Positions 1-7,877 of a DNA stretch of 64,000 bases are shown piece after piece (position 1 is the stretch's first letter; every line of letters begins with the position of its first letter). The stretch lies in NCBI GenBank assembly GCA_965218095.1, contig OZ244587.1, forward strand, positions 672,001-736,000, in the 5' to 3' direction. The notes beneath the pieces were generated by a model. It did not search any database, was not told the origin of the DNA, and worked only from the letters and a program-made list of their open reading frames with translations. This DNA comes from Candidatus Poribacteria bacterium (GTDB lineage Bacteria > Poribacteria > WGA-4E > PCPOR2b). Position numbers and translations under genes: made by a program.

Positions 1-243
1 CCCGATTTGGGGGCGGGCAAGGGCAAGTATGAGGAATGTGCAACTGAGGGTCATCAAAACCGCTTTCGCTTTCTGCTGTCCAAAATCGACCGATGATGTC
101 AGGCGCTGGAAAAGATGATGACTGCTGAAGCGTTGGTATGCCTTCCGTTTTTGCCGGAATGCGTAGATGTAGAGTAAGATGAGGAGCGGCACACCCCACA
201 GCAGGTATAGCAGATGTGGGTGTCCGAAACGTATCCAGTCCAT
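1..243 (-). CDS. BatA/BatB-like VWA domain protein, N-terminal part (runs off the window)
   Basis: Manual translation from ATG 243 gives MDWIRFGHPHLLYLLWGVPLLILLY...FLILALARPQIG, the typical N-terminal double-TM segment ending in LARPQ. Confidence 0.75.
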   Translation of the reverse strand, partial: MDWIRFGHPHLLYLLWGVPLLILLYIYAFRQKRKAYQRFSSHHLFQRLTSSVDFGQQKAKAVLMTLSCTFLILALARPQIG

Positions 244-252
244 ACCGCTTTG

Positions 253-654
253 TTATTCCCCAGGTTGCATATCGATTTGCACGATTTGGGAGATCGTTTG
301 TCCCGTTATCTCTACTGTTTCTGCCCGATTTGCATAGCCCTGCTTCTTGAGCACGATTTGATATGTTTTCGGCGCAAGATTGAACAGCATTGCTTTATGA
401 TGGAGCTCCGAAGTAATTGCCTTTTGCTGTTCGTTGAGGTATACTTCAGCCCCACCAACGTTGGAGTGAATAATGAGGTTCACTTTAGGTATGCGCGTTG
501 GTTGTCCCACAGGCCGTGGAGGAGAATTGTCTTTTAGCGCAGAGATAACAATAATTCCCACGAGCACAATGAGTGCAACGATACCGAGAACGATCCAAGG
601 AAGGAATCCTTGACGGACTTTATCACTTCGAGCCGGTCTGTTCTGCTGTTGCAC
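253..654 (-). CDS. Membrane-anchored PEGA-domain protein
   Basis: N-terminal TM helix followed by IHSNVGGAEVYLN...YQIVLKKQGY, a PEGA-like pattern. Confidence 0.65.
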   Translation of the reverse strand: MQQQNRPARSDKVRQGFLPWIVLGIVALIVLVGIIVISALKDNSPPRPVGQPTRIPKVNLIIHSNVGGAEVYLNEQQKAITSELHHKAMLFNLAPKTYQIVLKKQGYANRAETVEITGQTISQIVQIDMQPGE

Positions 655-822
655 AACAACACCCCCTCTGTTTTGGCATTGTCACATTATATCAGATTCT
701 ATGAGCCTTGTCTACATGTAAAACGCCTTCACTTGCCCCCAGTTTTTAATGAGGGCGTATCATGGGCGATTTTGTCAGATTTCACGCATTGTAGGGGAGA
801 TTTTCATCTCGCAAAAAGCGAC

Positions 823-851
823 TTGCCTTTTAGGGGCGAATGGGTTATATT
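823..851 (+). promoter_or_regulatory. Putative sigma70 promoter of amrS and the downstream cassette
   Basis: TTGCCT-17 nt-TATATT upstream of ATG 962. Confidence 0.4.
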
Positions 852-961
852 TACACATACAGCTCGACGGAATAAATACTGCGATACAGGTTTGAATGTG
901 ACACTACCCAGTCGTTCCTGCATAGCGCGTGGGAACGAGAGAAAATTAGAGGTGAGACAAG

Positions 962-2077
962 ATGGCGAAACAACAACCAGAAGAAATGATGACGCTCAAA
1001 CGGGCTCTCACCGCACGGACTCAAGAAGGGTTTCTGTACGAAAAACTGCCCGACAAAGTAGATTGGGTGCACTGCTACGCATGTGGTCACAACTGCAAAA
1101 TCCCTCCGGGCAGAGACGGTATCTGTCACGTGCGGTTTAACGAAAGGGGCAAGCTCTATGTTCCGTGGGGCTATGTCGGTGCGTTGCAGCTCGATCCTAT
1201 TGAGAAGAAGCCGTTCTTCCACGCATTTCCCGGTGCCTTGGCGATGAGCTTCGGGATGTTAGGTTGCGATTATCACTGCTCTTACTGCCAGAATTGGATA
1301 ACCTCGCAGGCACTTCGCGACAGAAATGCAGGGGCACCGGTGAAAGATCTTTCACCGGAAGCATTTGTCTCGCTTGCGTGTCAACACAACGCCCAGATTG
1401 TCACGAGCACGTACAATGAGCCGCTGATTACGAGCGAATGGGCGATTGATATTTTCAAGGAGGCGAAAAAGCATGGGCTCGTCACATCCTATGTGTCCAA
1501 CGGAAATGCCACGCCCAAAGTCCTTGACGCCCTCGGTCCGTGGGTCGATCTGTACAAGGTGGACCTCAAGGGCTTCAACGACAAAAATTACCGCAAGCTC
1601 GGCGGCGTACTAAAGCACGTCCTCGACACAATTAAGATGTTGTCTGAACGCAATTTCTGGGTCGAGATTGTCACGCTTATCGTTCCTGGCTTCAACGACT
1701 CCGATGAAGAACTTAAAGACATCGCCAACTTCCTCGTGTCTATCTCACCGGATATCCCCTGGCATGTGACGGCCTTCCATCAAGACTATAAGATGACCGA
1801 GCCGGATAACACCGCTGTCTCCACGCTTATCCATGCGGCGGAAATCGGCTACAACGCCGGACTGCATTATGTGTACGCCGGCAACCGCCCCGGTTATGTC
1901 AGACGCTACGAAAACACCTACTGCCCAGGTTGCGGCGAACTCCTCATTGAACGATGGGGATTCAGGGTACTGAAGCACCGGGTGAAAGCTGGTAGCTGTC
2001 CGAAATGTAAAACGACAATCGCTGGCGTTTGGAGTGGAAAGGAATTAGAGACGATGCGAGCGATGAAAGAAAAATGA
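962..2077 (+). CDS. amrS: AmmeMemoRadiSam system radical SAM enzyme
   Basis: N-terminal CxxCxxxC...GICHVR, DPIEKKPFFH, radical SAM motif CDYHCSYCQNW, TYNEP and C-terminal CPGC/CPKC. Confidence 0.9.
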   Translation: MAKQQPEEMMTLKRALTARTQEGFLYEKLPDKVDWVHCYACGHNCKIPPGRDGICHVRFNERGKLYVPWGYVGALQLDPIEKKPFFHAFPGALAMSFGMLGCDYHCSYCQNWITSQALRDRNAGAPVKDLSPEAFVSLACQHNAQIVTSTYNEPLITSEWAIDIFKEAKKHGLVTSYVSNGNATPKVLDALGPWVDLYKVDLKGFNDKNYRKLGGVLKHVLDTIKMLSERNFWVEIVTLIVPGFNDSDEELKDIANFLVSISPDIPWHVTAFHQDYKMTEPDNTAVSTLIHAAEIGYNAGLHYVYAGNRPGYVRRYENTYCPGCGELLIERWGFRVLKHRVKAGSCPKCKTTIAGVWSGKELETMRAMKEK

Positions 2078-2553
2078 AATCTGTGGAGAAGTTAATGAGT
2101 TTCAAACGTCGTTTACTGATTCTGTCTTGCTCAGAACGTAAACACACTTCAAAAGAATTGCTACCAGCCATAGAACGATACAATGGGCCGGTATTTTTTC
2201 TGCTGCGCCGTTTTCTTCGTGATTGTCCAGATAAAGCGGAATCATTGGATGTGTACATTTTGTCTGCCGCTTACGGGCTAATTCCAGCAAGCCATCCAAT
2301 TGCTCCTTATGACCAAAAGATGATCAAATATCGGGCGTCTGAATTACAGCCACATGTTTTAGCGACTTTTGGTGGACTTATGCAGAACAATTATACGTCT
2401 CTCTGTCTAGTGATGGGGAAAGCCTACTTGGCTGCATTGGAAGGTTGGCGGGAATTGGTGCCAACGAATCTTGCATTGATGGTAGCGAAAGGGCCGATGG
2501 GAGTGAAACAGGCTCAATTGAAAAATTGGCTAGAGGAATTGACAACAAATTAG
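2074..2553 (+). CDS. DUF6884/YaaA-like protein
   Basis: ILSCSERK...PAIERYNGP...YILSAAYGLI...IAPYDQKM...MGKAY. The ATG at 2074 overlaps the amrS stop (ATGA). Confidence 0.7.
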   Translation: MKSVEKLMSFKRRLLILSCSERKHTSKELLPAIERYNGPVFFLLRRFLRDCPDKAESLDVYILSAAYGLIPASHPIAPYDQKMIKYRASELQPHVLATFGGLMQNNYTSLCLVMGKAYLAALEGWRELVPTNLALMVAKGPMGVKQAQLKNWLEELTTN

Positions 2554-2564
2554 GGAGATAACAT

Positions 2565-2921
2565 ATGCTCGTTGAAGTGCTTAAACTCGGAACCACCGAA
2601 GAAGGCAATATTCCACTAATCGTAGATCAAATCGAAATAGTAGAGATTGATACTTCGTCTGTTGAACCTGTGAATAAGCAAGTAGATAGTCCGATCACAA
2701 TCGCTGAATTGGCGGATTTGCTAACTCAGATTAAGCCTATTAAGCCGCTGGACTTAGAAGAGCTAGATACCTATCATGCGCGGGACATTGAAGTGTGGCG
2801 GGATGGCAATCTATTTCCAGAGAAGATTGATTTTCCTCACTATATTGGACTACATGTTCTGTTGAGAAGTATACTACAGAAGTATAGTACGGTTGACAAT
2901 CTGCAAATTCAAATCAGCTGA
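2565..2921 (+). CDS. Hypothetical acidic protein (118 aa)
   Basis: ORF with a GGGAG RBS and tight operon spacing. No motif recognised. Confidence 0.6.
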   Translation: MLVEVLKLGTTEEGNIPLIVDQIEIVEIDTSSVEPVNKQVDSPITIAELADLLTQIKPIKPLDLEELDTYHARDIEVWRDGNLFPEKIDFPHYIGLHVLLRSILQKYSTVDNLQIQIS

Positions 2922-2929
2922 GGTTTCTG

Positions 2930-4045
2930 ATGCCCATTTTTTCCCTTGATAAATTCAAGTGCTCGGCTTTTGGTAAGTTTGATGCGGGAACTTGGACCGT
3001 AGCATATCATGACCGAAGTCATCTACCAAGAGATACCTACGTCTCGCTTGGAACAATTGAAGTTGAAGAATATACACAAAAAGGAGATTCTTTCTTCTAC
3101 TTTTGCCCCAACTCTTGTCAGCAGATTAAGTGTTTTATTGCTGATGCTTGGTGTAAAGGCAACGTTACTGGGCAAAAAGACCCAAAAGATACCGCCAAGA
3201 TTATTCTCGATCAGCTAAGTGAATCCATGGTGAGGTTAGGTCTTGTTCAGCCTAATTTTGAAATAGACGCACAAAATTTCATTACCGAGCGCAAGTTTGC
3301 AATCGTTGTATTAGATACAAACGCACTACGTGACGGTGCGATTCGTCATCTAAAGGAACAACTCGACAATGTACAATTGTGGACGATTATTCCGACAGTT
3401 GCCCTGATGGAGATTGGTGAGCGAATCGCCTATATAACCAGTAAAGACAAAGAGGGATGTAAACGTCAAAACAGTAGACTCATCCGTTTTCGACCTCAAG
3501 TCACAATCGCGCCCCAAGAAGTGAAGTGGATTCAAGAAAACTTCCCGACGGAAACTTTGGAACTTGCCCCAGAATTATTACGAACCTTTAGAGGATATGA
3601 CACAAGAAGAGAAAGCGAACCTGACAGAGTTTCCATTAATGACCGGCTCATCTTAGAAGGTATCAAAGATTTGCGACGGCAACGCAGTCTCCTAGAAGGA
3701 ATCTATCTAATGTCGAACGACAAGGATGTATCGCGGTTAGCTAGACTTGAAGGAATTAACACAATCTATCCTGCGATACCTGATATTCACGGGCTTTGCG
3801 ATCGCATCTATTCCCTTCGATATTCACTTGAAGTGCGCACCTACATTTCGTGTTCAATCCATCGCTTTCTTTGGGACTTGACACATGTTTTCAGCCAAAT
3901 CAAAGTGCAATCTACATCAGGATCGCAAGAGGGACAAGAATTGAAACTTTCTTATTATTATCCTGCTAAGTTGGTGAATGCTTGGATTGATGATAAGTTG
4001 GAGGTGACAGACCTTGGATCCAATTCTACCACCGACACTATTTGA
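2930..4045 (+). CDS. PIN-domain protein with N- and C-terminal extensions
   Basis: VVLDTNAL...IPTVALMEI...NDRLILE...LMSNDKDVSRLARLEGI carries the conserved acidic residues of PIN nucleases. Confidence 0.75.
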   Translation: MPIFSLDKFKCSAFGKFDAGTWTVAYHDRSHLPRDTYVSLGTIEVEEYTQKGDSFFYFCPNSCQQIKCFIADAWCKGNVTGQKDPKDTAKIILDQLSESMVRLGLVQPNFEIDAQNFITERKFAIVVLDTNALRDGAIRHLKEQLDNVQLWTIIPTVALMEIGERIAYITSKDKEGCKRQNSRLIRFRPQVTIAPQEVKWIQENFPTETLELAPELLRTFRGYDTRRESEPDRVSINDRLILEGIKDLRRQRSLLEGIYLMSNDKDVSRLARLEGINTIYPAIPDIHGLCDRIYSLRYSLEVRTYISCSIHRFLWDLTHVFSQIKVQSTSGSQEGQELKLSYYYPAKLVNAWIDDKLEVTDLGSNSTTDTI

Positions 4046-4862
4046 TATACTGGATCTGTTAGCAAGTAGGTCCGGTCCCATTACGCTTGACACTTTGAAC
4101 AGAAAGCGGTGGGTTACAAGAAAGCGCTTTGCCGAAATTGGACGAGTATTAGAAGCATTTCGGGTCGCATGCCGTGAGCAAGAATCGCTCCTACCGGATA
4201 CTGATCTAAAAGCATTCATCACGTGTTGGGAAGCCGCGGATTTAGACGGTGTCAATGATTTCTTCCATCGCTATCGGCCCTACAAGACCTTTTTGAGTTT
4301 CTTAAGAACAGAACAATATATTTATGTACCTCCCAAGAATGATATTGAGGCACGTCGCAGACTTAGCATTCAATTAGAGAATAGTAAAACCGGACCTAAT
4401 ATTGTTGCAATTGACACCTTCAAGTGGTGGGGGTTGGCTGTTGGGCAGGTATATTACGTTTTAAGCGCCGGAGGGCAGGACATTTACTGGGCCGGTGAAA
4501 AACTAAGTCTTGATGTCTTTGAAGAAAGCCTGCTTCGCTGTTACGCGAAAATTCGCCCCCTGGATGGATTTGTAAATATTGGAAAACTTGCTGATAAGGT
4601 TTGTCGTGAACTGCATATTGGGTTTATTGAATTTGAACGCCTCTTTGTTCAGCTGTGTCGAAAACGCCACGGCCACTACCGATTATCAACTTCTCTCGTT
4701 CGTCCTCCAGCGAGTAAGTCTCTAGTTCAAACACTTTTGCCACGATCAGTTGCCAAAAAACTCGCTTTGCAGCAAGGGGGTCCCATTGAATGGACGGACA
4801 AACGGTTGATGGAAGATGGAATAATTATTGGTGGACGGAGTGTGAAAATGATCAAAATTTAG
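4014..4862 (+). CDS. Hypothetical protein, possible C-terminal winged-helix
   Basis: TTG start with a GGAGGTG RBS, overlapping the PIN gene by 32 nt. GFVNIGKLADKVCRELHIGFIEFERLF is HTH-like. Confidence 0.6.
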   Translation: MDPILPPTLFDILDLLASRSGPITLDTLNRKRWVTRKRFAEIGRVLEAFRVACREQESLLPDTDLKAFITCWEAADLDGVNDFFHRYRPYKTFLSFLRTEQYIYVPPKNDIEARRRLSIQLENSKTGPNIVAIDTFKWWGLAVGQVYYVLSAGGQDIYWAGEKLSLDVFEESLLRCYAKIRPLDGFVNIGKLADKVCRELHIGFIEFERLFVQLCRKRHGHYRLSTSLVRPPASKSLVQTLLPRSVAKKLALQQGGPIEWTDKRLMEDGIIIGGRSVKMIKI

Positions 4863-4877
4863 ACGGAGGAGATTACA

Positions 4878-6077
4878 ATGAGTGATTTCAAGGATGACCT
4901 GACCTTAGACGATTTGCGTAAGGAAATTGGCAAAGGACAGCCTAAAAACCCATATGTCAATTTTTTTCTGTTATCCAATCCTTTCCCTGATGTTGGTCAG
5001 TTTATTCCAAGCATCTGTGTTAATCAGGACGAGATTAAACGAGAATTTGTGCGAACCCTCCGGGAATTTTATCAGGACGAACAATCAAGACGGCTGATGA
5101 TTCTTGGCAGCACAGGGGCAGGCAAAACTAACTTGTTGAAATTCTTTAAGCAAGAGCTTGAAGAATGGCACCAACCTGCTCCAGGAAAGCAAGCAATCAC
5201 AGATCTATTTACAATCTTTGTTGATCAACCTCAAGGAGGATATTTTGAAGTACATCGCAAAATAATCAGCGAATTAGCTACTATGTTTTTTACACGATTC
5301 TTCGAGGCTGTGCAATGCGGCAAGGTTAGTCTGACCAAACTTCCTACTGAAATTTCCGGGATTAGTCCGGAATTAATTCGTATTTTAGACTCAATGGCTT
5401 CAAATGGCTCTCACCAACTCTCGCTATGGCCAGAACCGAGGTCCCTCCGAACATTGGAGGAATGGTTACAGGGCACCAAACTCTCCGCCGCAGAAAAAAA
5501 ACAACTCGGTGGTGTGAGTGTCGAAGTTGGAAAATCCTCTACGATTGCTATCAAATTTCTTGTGGACCTTGTCAAGATTTTCAGATATGCAGAGCTGTTC
5601 AGGGGATTGATCGTACTGTTTGACGAGTTTGAAAATATTCTGTCAGGGTTATCACTAACTCGTCAGGTTCAGTATGCCCAAGATTTGAGAAACTTGTTCG
5701 ATAGTCTCGCTGATAGTGTTGTATTTGTCATTGGCACAGCTCCGGTTTCAAGTAATCTACAGCGAATCTCGCCCGCTTTGTATCGCCGATTGGGCGAAGG
5801 TGTTCCAGTTGAACCTATTCAAGACGAGAAGGCTGCTTTAGCGTATGCCCGGGCGTATACTCAATTGGGTCGGGAGGCTTTTAAGAATGAGACAAAGTGT
5901 AAGATTGACCTGCCGGCAGATTGTCCTGATGTGGATCGCCCGTATTATCCACTCACGTGTGCTACAATTACAAACGTTTACCAAGAAATCAGGGATAGGT
6001 ATTCCGATGTTCTTCCCGGGGATCTTCTCCCGGAATTAAGCCGCAGGTTTTATCAGCGAGTGTATGAAGGAAATTAG
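4878..6077 (+). CDS. P-loop AAA+/STAND-like ATPase (BrxD/DUF2791-like)
   Basis: Walker A GSTGAGKT, Walker B LIVLFDEFE, Arg-finger-like PALYRRL, N-terminal NPF motif. Confidence 0.8.
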   Translation: MSDFKDDLTLDDLRKEIGKGQPKNPYVNFFLLSNPFPDVGQFIPSICVNQDEIKREFVRTLREFYQDEQSRRLMILGSTGAGKTNLLKFFKQELEEWHQPAPGKQAITDLFTIFVDQPQGGYFEVHRKIISELATMFFTRFFEAVQCGKVSLTKLPTEISGISPELIRILDSMASNGSHQLSLWPEPRSLRTLEEWLQGTKLSAAEKKQLGGVSVEVGKSSTIAIKFLVDLVKIFRYAELFRGLIVLFDEFENILSGLSLTRQVQYAQDLRNLFDSLADSVVFVIGTAPVSSNLQRISPALYRRLGEGVPVEPIQDEKAALAYARAYTQLGREAFKNETKCKIDLPADCPDVDRPYYPLTCATITNVYQEIRDRYSDVLPGDLLPELSRRFYQRVYEGN

Positions 6078-6079
6078 GC

Positions 6080-7261
6080 ATGTCATCTCGCACATTGACA
6101 ATCGGCGTATCGCAAGTCGAAACGCCGGCATTGTTTGCTAGCTATCGTATCCGTGATTACCCTCAGGCAGGTCTTCGCTGTCACCCTTGGAAAATCACAG
6201 ATACTCAAGCATTGCTGCTAAACGCTTTTGATCTACTAGCTAACAAACGTACCAAGATGTTTACAGACGAGATCCGAAAGACGAGAGGTAAGCTCCGCAA
6301 GTACGTCGAATTTGACGGTCCGCTGATGCTTGATTCGGGTGCTTTTAATTTCTTACAACACGAGGAGATTAGTATCACCTCACCTGACGTTCTAAAAATC
6401 GGAATTGAATTAGACGTTGATTTATCGGTTGTGTTAGACCACCCATTCTTACCCAAATCAACAGAAGATGAGATACGCACCCGTTGGTCAAATACACGAG
6501 ATAACACACGCACAATGGTTGAAAGGTTAGAACATTGGGAGGGCGATCTCCCCGACGGTTTCCAACTAATGCCTGTCCTCCATGGGCATGATGCAGAAAC
6601 ACTCAAGCGTTCCCTTGATGATATTATCACGATTCTTGGCCAGGATCCCGATATTGTGGGAATTGGAAGTTTAGCCCCGTTGGCTCGCAACGGCAATAAG
6701 CGCACCGTTATTGATGTCATACTCACTATCCGTCAACTGCTACCTAATGCTTATATTCACTGTTTTTCATTGGGTTCGGCACTGCTGATGTTATTGGCTT
6801 TTTACTGTGGAGCTGACACAGTAGATTCACAAACTTGGATTATAAGTGCCGCTTTCAAACAGGTACAATTGCCCGGACTTCACTTAACCCGACTTTCCCC
6901 ACGGGAAAAAGAAAAAGATCCAGTCAAATATGAACAGACTCGAAATGCCTTTGCCCAGCATCTGCTCCAACTCATTGAAAAAGAAGGATTTGCTGTGAAG
7001 AACTGGGACACCGGTAAGGAATGGAAAATTAACAGTGAAGACGATGCCTTGGCTTATATGGACGATCTTGAAGACCGTGATAAAATCAATCACATTCATC
7101 GTCGCGCCTGCCATAACTTGTATGCTTTCAATTTTGAGGCAGGACGAGTCCGTGAACACAAAAACGCTGGTACATTTGAGACGTTCATCCAGGATCGGAT
7201 GATGATCACTATTTATAGAAGAGTATTTGAATATGCTATAAACGAAAGGAATAAAACTTAA
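6080..7261 (+). CDS. Atypical tRNA-guanine transglycosylase (TGT/DpdA superfamily) protein
   Basis: VETP, PLMLDSGAF, VVLDHP, MPVLHG, VGIGSLAP, IHCFSLG, GADTVDS and HNL motifs in TGT order. The CxCxxC zinc motif is absent. Confidence 0.8.
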   Translation: MSSRTLTIGVSQVETPALFASYRIRDYPQAGLRCHPWKITDTQALLLNAFDLLANKRTKMFTDEIRKTRGKLRKYVEFDGPLMLDSGAFNFLQHEEISITSPDVLKIGIELDVDLSVVLDHPFLPKSTEDEIRTRWSNTRDNTRTMVERLEHWEGDLPDGFQLMPVLHGHDAETLKRSLDDIITILGQDPDIVGIGSLAPLARNGNKRTVIDVILTIRQLLPNAYIHCFSLGSALLMLLAFYCGADTVDSQTWIISAAFKQVQLPGLHLTRLSPREKEKDPVKYEQTRNAFAQHLLQLIEKEGFAVKNWDTGKEWKINSEDDALAYMDDLEDRDKINHIHRRACHNLYAFNFEAGRVREHKNAGTFETFIQDRMMITIYRRVFEYAINERNKT

Positions 7262-7319
7262 TGGAACATGCTCAACAACTGCTTACCGATAGGAATTCTT
7301 GATAAGAAGGAGTCTGCAG

Positions 7320-7832
7320 ATGGACTTACGTTTTCTTGAATCCGAGATTTGTCAATGGGCTGAAAAATACAAAATTCAACCTTATGAAGCCGAATTGATT
7401 GAGCTCAAATCCAAGGTGGAACAACGTGGCTACCTTGACAAAGAGGAGTTGTTCCGCGTCGCGCGTTGGAAGTCGCCAAGGCGTCCAGATCTCGTGAAAA
7501 AAAACAAAGACGACTACGTAAAAGAAATTACGGGGTGGGCATTTACCGCCACGAATGAACGTTCAAAAATAGAAGTTTTGACCCTGTTGGATGGCATCGG
7601 GGAGCCAACCGCTTCCGCAGTTCTTCATCTATTTCACAAAGATCCTTATCCAATCCTAGATTTTCGTGCGTTGTGGTCTGTGGGGTTGGAAGAATCTGAA
7701 CAATATTCGTTTTCATTCTGGTGGTGTTACGTGTGCTTTTGTCGAGACGTTGCATGTCGCAACCAAGTCGACATGCGAACCTTGGATTGGGCACTCTGGC
7801 AGTACTCAAAATGTAAACAACAAGGGGGTTAA
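7320..7832 (+). CDS. HhH-type DNA glycosylase-like protein
   Basis: HhH motif LTLLDGIGEPTASAVL, then YPILDFRA (catalytic-type Asp) and C-terminal RTLDWALW. AAGGAG RBS before ATG 7320. Confidence 0.65.
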   Translation: MDLRFLESEICQWAEKYKIQPYEAELIELKSKVEQRGYLDKEELFRVARWKSPRRPDLVKKNKDDYVKEITGWAFTATNERSKIEVLTLLDGIGEPTASAVLHLFHKDPYPILDFRALWSVGLEESEQYSFSFWWCYVCFCRDVACRNQVDMRTLDWALWQYSKCKQQGG

Positions 7833-7877
7833 TGGCTCTCCACCGGATCTCATCACGGAAAAATTGGAGTTGATGCA

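Noticed and set aside
4878-6077. BREX system call based on the BrxD-like ATPase
   Set aside because: There is no PglZ, PglX or BrxC in the window.
6080-7261. Calling this gene housekeeping tgt or dpdA
   Set aside because: The zinc motif is missing and no dpdB/dpdC-like partners are recognisable, so no symbol was assigned.
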